From the NCBI GenBank assembly GCA_951406725.2, contig OX597815.1, positions 156,426,001 through 156,490,000 on the forward strand: 64,000 nucleotides of DNA. The letters are read 5' to 3'. The notes beneath the pieces are model-generated. The model saw only the letters and a list, made by a program, of their open reading frames with translations. It was not told the origin of the DNA and did not search any database. Shown one piece after another: positions 14,534-26,962 of this stretch; position 1 is the stretch's first letter, and every line of letters starts with the position of its first letter. Both the position numbers and the translations under genes were made by a program. Source of the stretch: Octopus vulgaris. Lineage: Eukaryota.

Positions 14534-15071
14534 GTTTACTCGAACAAATGAACTACAGTACGTAAACTTTTTCAAATCCGGTGCTTATTCTATCCGTCAC
14601 GTTTACTGCATAGCTAAATTACGGGAATGTAAACAAAGTAACAGCGCGGTCAAACAGCGAAACGCACGCACGCACGCTCGCACACGCACATGTACACACA
14701 CACACATACACACACACACACACGTAGGTTGGCGTGTATGCGCATGTGTATATGTAAGCGTATGAGTATGTGTGCATCTGTATAACTCTCTCTTTTCTCT
14801 TCTGTAATATCGAATTTGCTCATCTTTCACCCAAATTATCTGTGCTGCTCCTGATTATTCACTAAATATAACCGCTTCATCCAAAGGAAACACTCGTATT
14901 ACTTAAATTCTCTGTCTGAAGAACTTCCTTACATGTCTCACTAACATGTGAAACTGTAATTCTAATTCCTCTTAGCAAATGAAATATGTATAATTGTGAA
15001 TATATGATACCAATAAATTTTCCAACTTCCTGTTTTATATATGTGCATATATATACATATATATAGAAAAG

Positions 15072-15460
15072 AAATCTCTGAGCGAGGTATAAACAGTAGC
15101 TGCATGATATCGTGAAGGATATTTGCCACTTAAATGTGGCTAACCCTTAAGGGTGGATGCTACTGTAGCTTGTAGCCCCAGGAGGACACCTCCTCCAGCT
15201 GGCTATTGACACACTTTGTGCCCTATCAGTATTTGCAAAGGGAAGTCATCCTTCCAATCTCCAGCCTGACAGGATACACACGGACCCGGGATTCTGATTA
15301 TTAACCCGTCATCAGCGTATGACAACCACCAGTTGGCGATGTGAAGTGGTTCCAAATGCAGATGTATATATCCTTTTTCTAGTGATGAAAAACCACTGAT
15401 CTCGAAAACGTGGAAACAAGCAAAAATAAATCTCTGAGCGAGGTACAAGCAGTAGCTGGA
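15072..15460 (-). mobile_element. HHR-bearing non-coding element: about 356-bp unit plus about 33-bp terminal direct repeat (same family as 60506-60874)
   Basis: AAATCTCTGAGCGAGGTA occurs at 15072 and 15428. Minus-strand HHR at about 15278-15320 has GAAA changed to GAAT. Confidence 0.75.
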
Positions 15461-15474
15461 AGAGATATGTATAT

Positions 15475-15858
15475 ATCATGGTTTATAATAGTTCAAAAGA
15501 AAGTAGATGGAGATATAGCATTTAATAAAAACTTATTATCTGCAAATATCAAGCATATTTCCTTACAGCTGTTTCAGTTAAGCCAAAAAGATTAAATAGA
15601 AAGTATTAAAATCATTCTATCAGGCAAAATCTCTTCAGAGGCGTAGAAAAAAGATATACCGTTAGGTTTTTTATGTCATTTTTTTCTACCCCTCTGAAGA
15701 GATTTTACCTAATATAATGATTTTAACAATTGCTATTTAATCTGTTAGGCTTAATTGAAACAGTTGTAAGGGACTATATTTGGTTTTGCAGATAAGTTTT
15801 TTATTAAATGCTATATCTCCATTTTCTTACTTTCTTTTCAATGATTATAAACCATGAT
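15475..15858. mobile_element. Diverged foldback element with one HHR in each arm
   Basis: Arms are imperfect reverse complements centred near 15665. Plus-strand HHR CCCT-CTGAAGA...GAAA-CAGTTG-TA-AGGG at 15690-15772. Minus-strand HHR at 15561-15641 has CAGCTG. Confidence 0.8.
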
Positions 15859-15977
15859 TTATATATAGACCTATTGTTTTATAAATATTATTATTATTCA
15901 CAACAACTATTAGGTATTGAACCAGTAATTCATTGGATGATACCATCCCTTAATGAGGCTAATTTAATCTCTAATTG

Positions 15978-16039
<62 letters not shown>

Positions 16040-16486
16040 GATACATACATATACATATATAACGGGTTTCCACACAGTTTCCGGCTACTAAATCCATTCA
16101 CCAGGGATATAGTAAAAGATACGTGACCAATGTGCCGTGGATTGTAACTCAGGCCGATGTTACCAGTTTGTAAAACAACTTTCTCGATTCCAGAGCTATG
16201 CCTGTCACTATGCAAACGAAGAAAATAAGAATTAATGGCCCAAAAATATTTCAAGTGTATGCTAAAAAAACTGTTTCAATGTGATTGATAACAAGTTTAT
16301 TAATTCCTGTTTACAGATAATGTTTATCTTTTTTCACTTTTTTTTTTACTGTTTTCCAATTTTTTTTAGGCCTGGTAATTATTCAATCGGTAACTTTTGT
16401 GGAACTTCTGATTTATGGGGCGTAAATATACCAAGCGGTGGTGAGAGACAATCACATACACATACATACACATTTATGTATATATA

Positions 16487-16882
16487 CAGGGTGTCCTACA
16501 CCAGGGTCTCCTGTTTGTCGATGTAAACCTTCACTTTCAGTTATCCACACAAGAAAAAAGCCGAGCTAGTCAAGTCGGAGTAACTTGAAGGCCATTTAAC
16601 GTATACCTCACACATGGTTCCAGCAATATGGGGCAACTGCTCATACCGCACGAGAAACCAGAGAAGCGAGGTCTGAAACTCTTGAGGGTGTTATGGTGCA
16701 AGTATTGGAAAGAACTCGGGCGTGCGAAACCGAAAATAGCTGCCATTTAAGCGATATCATATGATATGTAGTGGTGTTTCACGATTTGCATATTAATTTC
16801 CATTACGTTCTTTATATTGTATCAAAATTTCATGCATATATTAGTAAATTTGAAACCCATCAGTGCCTTTTTGGATACCCTG
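16487..16882. mobile_element. Non-autonomous Tc1/mariner-type element
   Basis: TA|CAGGGTGTCC ... GGATACCCTG|TA termini. Confidence 0.6.
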
Positions 16883-16895
16883 TATGCATGTGTAC

Positions 16896-16945
<50 letters not shown>

Positions 16946-16954
16946 GTGTGTGTG

Positions 16955-17400
16955 TGACACCTTTCAGTCATGAATGACCATGGGATTGCACCTAGAAAGT
17001 AACCCTCCGAGGTACAAGTCTGGGCAAGGTTGTTCTTTATGGAAGACCAGCAGTCGCCCATTCATACTGGCCTCCCCTCTCCACGCCACCGATGTTATCC
17101 AAGGGAAAGACAAAGGCTGATACAGCTTGGCATCAGTGACGTCGCAGCTCATTTATTAACGTGCAAGTGGCCAGGCACTCCACAGACATGTGTGCTCTTA
17201 ACATAGTTCTCGGGGAGATTCAGCGTGACAGAGAGTGCAACAGAAACAGGAAGGAAGAGTGAGAGAAAATTGTGGTGAAAGAGTACGTGGAGCATTAGCT
17301 GTTTTCAGCTCAATAAACACTCACAATGCCCGGTGTAGGAATCTAAACCGCGATCCTACGACTGTGAGTCCGCTGCCCTAACCACTAGGTCATTGCGCCT
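16955..17400 (-). mobile_element. SINE sequences (family D body plus family B-like tRNA head)
   Basis: 16955-17155 matches 41402-41600. 17290-17400 matches the head of 8672-8973. Confidence 0.7.
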
Positions 17401-17401
17401 C

Positions 17402-18176
17402 AACCCCTCCCCATATATAAGACTCTAACAATATCAGAGACCTGGGTGTAATTGTTGATGACGATCTCAGTTGGAGTGCACACATCAACAAGAAGGTCGA
17501 TATAGCTCGTAGGATGAGTTCCTGGATCTTAAGAACTTTCCGGTCCAGAGAACAAGGTGTCATCATACCACTTTTTCCTCCTTTGTACGGCCACACCTTG
17601 AATACTGCTGCCCACTGTGGTCTCCTCACACAAGACAAAACATCTCCAGAATTGAGTCACCCCAGAGGGCACTCACTAAACAAATTGAAGGCATGGCTGC
17701 TCTCGATTATTGGGATCGCCTTAAAGCCTTGAAACTTTACTCCTCCAGCGTCGCCGTGAGCGGTACATCATTTGTACGATGTGGAAAATATACCGCCAAC
17801 TTTGCCCAAACGACCTAAACATTAGCTTCAAGGTTCATCCAAGACTTGGACCACGGGCTATACGTCCCCTGCCAAATTCAAGATCACAACATACATGTAC
17901 ACTGCAACATAATTTCTTTTCCTCAACAGGCCCTGCCCTATTTAACATTGTCCCGAAAGAGATCAAAGAGGAAAAGGATCCCATCAACTTCAAACAGAGT
18001 CTGGATAGATTCCTTCAAAGAATACCAGATAAGCCACCCATAATTGGATACAACTCACCCAACAAGAACTCACTACTTGAACAAAACTTGACTTAAACAG
18101 GATTCGAATAATCCTATCAGGTGGTGCTATTAAGTTAGACATGGCCTGGACCAATCTCTGGTCGAAACATATCTAA

Positions 18177-18178
<2 letters not shown>
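17402..18178 (+). pseudogene. CR1-group LINE RT C-terminal fragment, frameshifted
   Basis: Translates to IRDLGVIVDDDLSWSAHINK, RPHLEYCCPLWSP, LQRRRERY and GPALFNIVPKEIK. Confidence 0.9.
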
Positions 18179-18214
<36 letters not shown>

Positions 18215-18215
<1 letters not shown>

Positions 18216-18627
18216 TAGCAGCATAGCCCGGCGTTGCCCGGGTAAGAGCCCCTAATAGGCAACGACTAATCCCAATCTAGTCCTTTCCCTCTAGGGAACG
18301 AAGGCGCATGTGTAGGCTGCAATGTCTTCTCTTCACTCGAATACTTCTGTGTATACGATGTTCCTAGCTGTCCCTAGCTGTCGAGTTGTGTCCCCTAGAC
18401 AGAAAAGGTGGTGCATATAAAAAGCTTAGATTCTCGACCCCATGTCGAATTTATCGATTTTTTTTTCAGAACTGGGGGAACATTTCAAAATTTTCGCTGC
18501 GTTAGTTTTGAATTATGACATTGGGCTATGGGTGTGTCAAGTTTCATCAGAATCGGTTGAAAACCGTGGTCAGGGTGAGGGTACAACCTGACAGACACAC
18601 AGACACACAGACAGACAAACTGCCGTT

Positions 18628-18632
<5 letters not shown>
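18215..18632 (-). mobile_element. Non-autonomous Helitron-like element
   Basis: CTAG terminus (18215-18218) with a subterminal GC hairpin CCCGGCGTTGCCCGGG. The other end carries AAGTTTCATCAGAATCGG and (ACAG)n, a layout typical of Lep1-like Helitrons. Confidence 0.65.
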
Positions 18633-18675
<43 letters not shown>

Positions 18676-18682
<7 letters not shown>

Positions 18683-19460
18683 TGGCAGGGCTGGCCTGCT
18701 AGGTAGCCGGCCAGAATGCTAGAAGAAGACCATCAACGATCAAACTACAAGGGAAATTCTCTAGAGGAAGAATTCAGCGAACACCAGAACCAACTTTGGC
18801 GGGCAGGACATATGAAAAATTAAATAAATAACAGACTTAAATGCATACCTCGGTTTCGGTCTTAACAAAATAATTACTTGCATAATTCAAGTGTCCGTGA
18901 CTTCATCAGTACATTTGGTCCTCGAGATGCAAACCGCAAGACTAACCCCAGCTCTCTGTGTCACCCGCAGTGAATTATTCACTGCAGCCCTTCGCTTCAG
19001 GAGTCTCTCAGCGCGCCAGAACCAAGACATTTGAAATTTTATTCCCGATGTAATCAGTAAGACTAAGCACGTGTCTGTCTTGACACAGAGAGCTGGGGTT
19101 AGTCTTGCGGTTTGCATCTCGAGGACCAAATGTACTGATGAAGTCACGGACACTTGAATTATGCAAGTAATTCTTTTGTTAAGACCGAAACCGAGGTATG
19201 CATTTAAGTCTGTTATTTATTTAATTTTTCATATGTCCTGCCCGCCAAAGTTGGTTCTGGTGTTCGCTGAATTCTTCCTCTAGAGAATTTCCCTTGTAGT
19301 TTGATCGTTGATGGTCTTCTTCTAGCATTCTGGCCTACCTACAGGCCAGCCCTGCCAATATACACATATATTTGAATTTTCTCTGACTCCTCAGATTTTT
19401 TGAATGCTGGACTACTGGTTTTAAATTGATATTAAAATTAATATTAATTTATCTCCCTCA

Positions 19461-19468
<8 letters not shown>
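18676..19468 (+). mobile_element. Foldback HHR element: about 288-bp inverted arms (18676-18963 / 19081-19364), 117-bp spacer and a 3' tail, between (TA)n tracts
   Basis: The arms are near-identical reverse complements. Homologous to the 506-bp tandem unit. Confidence 0.9.
19128..19205 (+). ncRNA. Type I hammerhead ribozyme (mirror copy on the minus strand at 18839-18916)
   Basis: AAATGTA-CTGATGA-aGTC...GACc-GAAA-CC(ga)GG-TA-TGCATTT. GUA triplet, predicted cut after 19198. Confidence 0.8.
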
Positions 19469-19496
<28 letters not shown>

Positions 19497-19710
19497 TCTT
19501 TCGCTTTTTACTTTTTTCAGTCGTTTGACTGTAGCCATGCTGGAGCAACTCTTTTAGTCGACCAAATCGATCCCAGGACTTATTCTTTGTAAGCCTAGTA
19601 CTTATTCTATCGGTCTCTGTTGCCAAACCACTAAGTTACGGGGACGTAAACACACCAGCATCGGTTGTCAAGCGATGTTGGGAGGACAATCATATATACA
19701 TGCATATATG

Positions 19711-19850
<140 letters not shown>

Positions 19851-20010
19851 CGGGTGTGTGTGATTGTGTATAGAAGAATATATTAATAAAAGGAATTCCA
19901 ACCTTGTCTGATTTTCACGTTTTATTTACAATCTTATAATGATATAATATAAGATAATATAATATAATAAAATAAAATAAAATAATAGAATGTTAAATGT
20001 TCATTCTGAT

Positions 20011-20055
20011 TGAACTAGTACTTTCATGCATTAAATTATGCAATCTTCAGGTTCA
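20011..20055 (-). ncRNA. Minimal type I hammerhead ribozyme of the PLE pLTR
   Basis: TGAAC-CTGAAGA-tTGCAT(aattta)ATGCAt-GAAA-GTAC-TA-GTTCA. Confidence 0.85.
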
Positions 20056-20536
20056 TGTAGTAGTGGTGACAGTCATGCTTCACAATTTTTGACTGTAGCG
20101 AGATGGTTAAATCTGTGCCTTAAATACACCTGTGTAGGCTCCAGATTGCTAGGTTTTGCAAACTGTATTCTGACCAATCAGTGTGTAGTATCACTCAATT
20201 ACTTAAGCTGATTGGTTGGTTGATTGGTTTAGGCGTCACGCTTTGTTGAACATGTCAAGAGTCCTGTATCTTAACCCTGGCCGAGGCAGCAATTGTTGGG
20301 CTATTTTTAGAAATGTTGTAAATAGCCTTTGTCAGGGATTTTTATATTTCAATTGTCATCATCATCATTGTCAGCACCTTAATTATTGTTGCTAGTGGTG
20401 ATGGTGGTGGCAATAGAACTTTTAACCCTAAATAAGATAATTTTCCTGCTATCTTCATCTTGATCACCTTTAGTATTGTTGTTGTTGTTAGTGGTCATGG
20501 TCGTAGCAGTAGAAGTAGTACCTCTAAGTATTATTA

Positions 20537-22601
20537 TTATTGCTTATTTAGCTTGGGTTCGAATTTATCAATAAAATTCTTTTCTCTGATTTTCCTCTCG
20601 ATTTCACTTGGGCTGTGTAATTTGTAGAATGGAAATATTATATATATTTTCCGACCACATGTTGCTAGGTGGTTACTCAAAGGTATCTGACGGACCTCTG
20701 GGTCTCTAATCTGTTGCCGGTGTACACGTGAGCGTTCTGATAGTGCGTTTCCCGTCTGACCTACATATATTTCTTCACAATTTGGGCATTTGATGCAGTA
20801 AATTAAATTTCTGCTTTTGCAGTTCATATTCGCGTTTGTGAATATTTTCCCGGTTTTTGTGTTTATATATTGGCCGGTATGTATGAATTGGCATGTGCCA
20901 CATCGGCTATCATTGCATTTAGATACAGTGAATGTTTGGTCTTTGTTGCTAAGGTCAAATTTTGCCTTTGTTAGTAATTTTTTCAAGTTTTTAGGCTGTC
21001 TTTTACTAAGAACCATAGCTCGATCCGTGATTATATCTTTTAATTCATTACTTTGAGCAATGATTGGTAGGTTTGCTTTGGCAATGTTGAAGATATTCTG
21101 GTGACATGGGTTGTGTGTCACTATGAATGGTATGACTTGTTCTTGTTTTCCTCTTCCTTGGGTTGTCCTAAGTTGTTGTATGGGTATTTTTATAACCCGC
21201 TGTATGCCATTTTCTATAAGTAGAGATGGGTATCTAGAGTTCTGTTAGGCGTTTGTTCCTGATATTTGCATCTTCTACAATGGTACAAATTCTTCTGGCT
21301 AGGCAATATGGGATGTTGCGTTTTGTATGTGGTGGATGGCACGACTTAAATTTCAGGTATTGATATGTGTCTGTGTGTTTATAGTATTTATCTGTGGTGA
21401 TGGTGGTGTCCTTTTTAATTACCATTATATCTAGGAATGGTAATTTGGTACTACTCATCTCTTTGTAAATTGGAGAGATGGGTGTAGGTTGTTCAGGAGG
21501 ATATTGAACTCTTCCAGAGTATTTAGATATTCTGTCCAGATTATGAAGCAGTCGTCAAGGTATCTCTTCCATGCCTTTTCAATATACTTTCTAAATCCAG
21601 TGCCATAGTTTACCTCCACCTCTTGGTAGAGTTGTTGTTCTAAGTATCCCATTACAGAGTTGGCGTAAACGGGAACAAACCTCGTTTCCATCGCCGTGCC
21701 TCTAATTTGGATGTAATTCTTTCCATTGAAGAAAAATGTGTTGTTTTCTAGAATAAGTTTGACTATGTCTAATATAAATGGCACTGTGAATCTGCTGGGA
21801 ATCAATTCTCTATGTTTTTCCAACCAGTATTTAATCGCCTTTATTCCTAAATCGTGTGGAATATTGGTGTAGAGGCTTACCACATCAAAACTTAGTAAAA
21901 CTGAATTTGTTTCTGTTGTTTTGGGAAGATAGGACAGGAAGTCGATGTCATCCCTGATGAAAATGGGTATGTAAGTACATAGTGGTTTCAAAACAATGTC
22001 ATTAAAATTGCTTAGACGGTGGGTAGGTCATGCTGGACCAGCTACAATAGGTCTAAGTTTTAGGTCTTTTGGATGTAGTAATTTTATGTACTCACCTTCT
22101 TGTTCTTTAACTGCATGTTGAATATCTTTTGATTTATGTATTTTCGGTAGCCGTAGAAGTTGCTGGGTTTTGGTTCGAAATTGGTGATGTAGTCTCTTTC
22201 ATTAGTAAGTAAGTTGTAGTGTTTTGAAATCAGGTTGTTGATCTTTTTCATGATGTGGTGGTCTATATTTGAGGGTATTTCACAATAGAAGGTTGTGTCC
22301 TTCAGTTGGTCCTCAACCAAATCCTTATAGTATTCGGTATCCATAATAACAATTGCACCACCTTTATCTGCTTGTTTAATTATTATTGTTTGATAGTTTT
22401 GTATACGTTTTAATCTCTGATTTGTTAATGTTAGGCCTAACATTGGTATTGCGTCTAAGGGGAAATTTAGACAGGATATCAATGAATGTATTGGTCAAGG
22501 TAGTTATTTCTTCCTTTTGGTGGGCTGAAATTTGATTTATTCCTTACTAGGGATTCATCAATCTCATTACTTTTGTTAGCGAAGAATTCTACAAGTCGTA
22601 A
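20537..22601 (-). pseudogene. PLE reverse transcriptase plus GIY-YIG endonuclease ORF, frameshifted into several pieces
   Basis: Motifs IIIKQADKGGAIV, FDVVSLYTNIP, QIRGTAM, WKRYLDDCF, LPFLD, KCNDSRCGTC and NLIYCIKCPNCEEIYVGQT. Confidence 0.95.
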
Positions 22602-22619
22602 TTACAAGCGTGACGCCTA

Positions 22620-22723
22620 AACCAATCAATCAGTTTAAGTAATTGAGTGATGCTACACACTGATTGGTCAGAGTATAGTTTGCAAAACCTAGTGATCTGG
22701 AGCCCACACAGCTGTATTTAAGG
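22620..22723 (+). promoter_or_regulatory. Putative Pol II promoter in the pLTR (CCAAT boxes plus TATA-like TATTTAA), upstream of the HHR
   Basis: AACCAATC, CTGATTGG and GTATTTAAGG, with similar motifs in the 20.1-20.2 kb and 63.2-63.4 kb copies. Function is inferred. Confidence 0.45.
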
Positions 22724-22785
22724 CACAGACTTAACCATCTCGCTACAGTCAAAAATTGTGAAGCATGACTGTCACCACTACTACA

Positions 22786-22830
22786 TGAACCTGAAGATTG
22801 CATAATTTAATGCATGAAAGTACTAGTTCA
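22786..22830 (+). ncRNA. Minimal type I hammerhead ribozyme in the inverted pLTR
   Basis: Same motif as 20011-20055. CUA triplet, predicted cut after 22825. Confidence 0.85.
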
Positions 22831-23904
22831 ATCAGAATGAAATTTAACATTTAACATTCTATTATTTTTATATTATATCATTATAAGATTGTAAATAAAA
22901 CGTGAATATCAGACAAGGTTGTAATTCCTTTTATTAATATATATATATATATATTTATGACGGGCTTCTTCCAGTTTCCCTCTACCAAATCCACTCACAA
23001 GGCTTTAGTCGGCCCGAGGCTATAGCAGAAGACACTTGCCCAAGGTGCCATGTTGTGGGACTGAATCCAGAACGATGTGGTTGGTAAGTAAGCTACTTAC
23101 CACACAGTCATGTCAACCAAATCCACTCACAGGCCTTTGTTCAGCCCGAATTTATGAATGAAGGCATGTCCAAGGTACCACGCTGAACCATGTGGTAAAG
23201 AAGCAAACTTCTTGCCCTACAGTTACGCCTGCGCTTATCAACAACACTTTTTAGCGAGCTGTCTGCAGCTGATGAAGCGTAACGACACAGAAACACGTTC
23301 CCTACCATTCAGCGATGTCATTCGTAGCTCAGTTTGATGTTTTTTCTGACATATGCCTATGAGGTAAATTTCCTATCCGAGACAGTTACTACAGCGAAGA
23401 TTTTGGTTTCCAAGTCTCAGTTTAATCGAACGTGTTAGATATCAATATCCATAGCTTTGTTCACCGCTGTTTAGTGTGCCTTTAATTTATTCCAGCTTGA
23501 CAAGGGATTGAATACTCCAGCAAATATGCTGTTTAGCAAACTCGAAGTGTTTTCGCTTTGCATGTGTGAGAATTTGTATTCCGTGTCATTTACAGCAGAG
23601 AAGATCTTTCCACAACTGAGTGAATAAGTACATGTTACATATAATTGCACATAGCTTTACTTATCACGTATATATTTACTGCATGCATGTGTGTGTTTGT
23701 GTGTGTATGTATGTGTCTGCTTGTGTATGTGTGTGCTCTAGTGTGTGTGTGTATTACTTCTGATCTAATGTCTTACAACTGCCTGACGATTGAATTTGTG
23801 AACACCAAATAACGGTTAATAGAGATTTCAAGTTCCACCCCACAGAAAATTGCACACACACAGACACACACACACACACCTACGCGCGTACACACATGCA
23901 TATC

Positions 23905-23954
<50 letters not shown>

Positions 23955-24063
23955 TATATATACATACATACATATTTCTTTACTACCCACAGACACGCAC
24001 ACACCAAGACACAAACACGCGCGCGCGTACACAGACACACACAAACATATATATATGTATATG

Positions 24064-24113
<50 letters not shown>

Positions 24114-24149
24114 CATACATAATACATACACATACTCATGGGTAAGCTA

Positions 24150-24400
24150 GTTTTATACATTAACATATTGACATTGGGAATTAATTGTGTCTAAAACAAT
24201 CCTCCGATTTCTCACTTCAGAACAAGAATAAACTATTTCACCAACCTGGCTTTCAAAGATCCACAGAATTTCAATCTTACCCGTAAAAAATAAGAGAGAC
24301 AAGTGAAGTGAATACCAACGCTTCCATAAGTAATGAATTTGTTCATCCTGCTGCACACAATCCCTGATGAAGCAATTGCGCCGCAAAAATTAACTTCTCC
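24150..24400 (-). pseudogene. Highly decayed Tc1/mariner-like transposase remnant
   Basis: Minus strand has QQD and a W..S..LS.L.F..LW..LK..V-like pattern broken by frameshifts. Confidence 0.3.
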
Positions 24401-25631
24401 ATTATTAAACGTTGGCGATACCCTGGCCTCCCCAACAACTGAATGCCTGAAGTCAGTGAAATAGTAACTATACTTGACAAGGCGTTTAGTTATGCGTCAT
24501 TTGTGTTACCTCCACATATATTCAGGAGCCCAATCTTATATGAAGAAACTCAACTTGATGTATCAGAAAAATGATGTCGATTGCTTTAAATTATCACTGA
24601 GTTTTTGCAGATGGTTGATCCGAGATGCAATGAAGAAATGCATCTAGATCTGAGACACCTTGTCAAGATACGTAAATCTTTTGAGAAACACTTGCATAAT
24701 TTACTTTTTTTATATTTGTTTGGTCAAGGGGAAAGGATATTGCTTATATCTTTCTCCACCTCATTGATCCATCGGTTAATGTTTCTCTTTAATGTTTCCA
24801 AATCGATAGCTACAGTAAAAACACGTGCAATGATGGAATTTCTGAGAATCGACGTTGTGCGAACGAGGTAAGGGACATAAAATGAGTGATGAGGTGAAGA
24901 AGAAATAACACCAGTTTGTAAGGAATTGGTGAACGGTGGCAGTGTGAGACCAGATAGTTTCGAGGATGAAAGATCTCTAAAGTATTGAGGAAAAAGGTAT
25001 AGATAAGAGGCAGCAAATCGTTAAGACAGTGGTCTGAGTTTGTCAGAGAATGACTTCCTGCTAACCATGTGAGTCACCATTCTTTGGATGCTGTAGAGGG
25101 TAATTATGTGTGTGAAAGCAAACACAGTCCCACATACCGGAGCACTATTTCATTGTAAGTCTCAACTGAGCTTTATAGAGGGTTAGCATTTGTTTAGAAT
25201 TTAACTAACTATTTTTATGGATCTGAAGAGAAAAAAAAAACAATCTTTATGATGCATATGATGCAGTCTTCGCTATTTCTAATATATAGCCATGCCAGAA
25301 GAAATTCTCAGTGATTTCGATATTTGTGGGATTCCAGTTACAAGCTGTTTATTTTTAACGGTAGGTGCGATTAATATTTCTTACTATGTGCAGTGATTGA
25401 CCTTTTATGTTATTGATGGACACCTGATTAACATTCTCCTATTTCTAGATGTTTTCAATGTTATTAGGGCAAATTTGGCACCACAAGCCTGGTTTGCATG
25501 TGAAAGACCCTTGCGAAAAATTTGAGAAAGAAAAATGTCGGAATCTGACTGTATTTCCCACATTTGTAGCGTTTTCTTTCTTGCATGACAAAGTTCGGAA
25601 CAAGATTTTCGAGAATCTTCCACGTAGGCTC

Positions 25632-26005
25632 AGGCATGGCTGTATCGTCAAGTAGTTTGCTTCTTGGGGAAGTGTCTTTAACTTCAGCCCCTGGGCCGAA
25701 CAATGAACTGTGAATGATTTTGTAGACAGAAAATACGGAAGCCCGTCGTATATATTATTATGAGTGTGTATGTGTGCGTGTGTATCCGTGTGTGTGTGAG
25801 CATGTATGTTGTGTGTGACTGGGTGTGTCGCTCGACAACCGGTCTTAGTTTGTTTACGCCTTCGTAACATAATGGTTCGGCAAGAAAGAGACACATAGAA
25901 TAAGTACCTGAGTGAAAAAATATACTAGGCCCAGTTTACTCGACTACACCTTCAAGACGGTGCTCCAAAATGGCTGCAGGTCAATGAATAAAATAAGTAA
26001 AAGTT
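25632..26005 (+). mobile_element. Degenerate SINE family A
   Basis: Contains GTAGACAGAAAATACGGAAGCCCGTCG and GGTTCGGCAAGAAAGAGAC..AGAATAAGTAC. Confidence 0.65.
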
Positions 26006-26369
26006 AAGATATGAGAGCATTTCGATGCTGACAGCAATCCCGAAGTTAGAGACGTATTGGGCAGAAACGTTACTCGTTAATTCACGTCTCTAATGTTGTA
26101 TAATTCTTTTGTGAATATATTTTTTTGCGATGGCTGCTATAAGTCTTGGGCTGCTAGGAGACCATGTTTGTTAGCAGTAGTCCAACCTACTTACTCTAAT
26201 GGATTTCTAGACAGTCAACATCTCTGTGGGTTTCTCATTCTAAATGTTATCAGTAACTAGTCACTGAGCTTGGGGAATGTTGTTAGAAGTCCGTGTGTTT
26301 GTGCCTTTGCATGTGTGATCTGTATATTTCCACTTACATATGCCTACACGCACAAATATGTATATCTAT

Positions 26370-26425
<56 letters not shown>

Positions 26426-26559
26426 TATGTATAAATAATCCAAAGTCACAAGCACAAACCCTCGCCTAAAGTGTTTCATTCTGTTAGTAATGTTTGCCTG
26501 ACACATCAAAATGTCGGAACAGAGCCGTTGCTCTTAGTATGTTCGGTAGTTTACTTCTC

Positions 26560-26619
<60 letters not shown>

Positions 26620-26739
26620 GAGAAGTAAACTACAGAACATACTAAGTATGTATGTATGTATGTATGTATGTATGTATGTATGTATGTATGTGTATATATA
26701 TATATATATACATGTATATATATGTATATATATATATAT

Positions 26740-26792
<53 letters not shown>

Positions 26793-26797
26793 TATAC

Positions 26798-26835
<38 letters not shown>

Positions 26836-26871
26836 CATATATATATATACATACATACATACATATATATA

Positions 26872-26920
<49 letters not shown>

Positions 26921-26931
26921 ATATATACACA

Positions 26932-26962
<31 letters not shown>

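Larger units (their letters stand above)
19852..22939 (-). mobile_element. Penelope-like retroelement (Neptune-like), 5'-truncated, with an inverted pseudo-LTR at 22606-22939
   Basis: RT and GIY-YIG coding sequence. 19881-20243 is the reverse complement of 22606-22939. Each pLTR contains an HHR. Confidence 0.95.

Noticed and set aside
23269-23305. CTGATGA...GAAACACGTTC hammerhead-like string
   Set aside because: No helix I or helix II pairing, so at best a heavily decayed motif.
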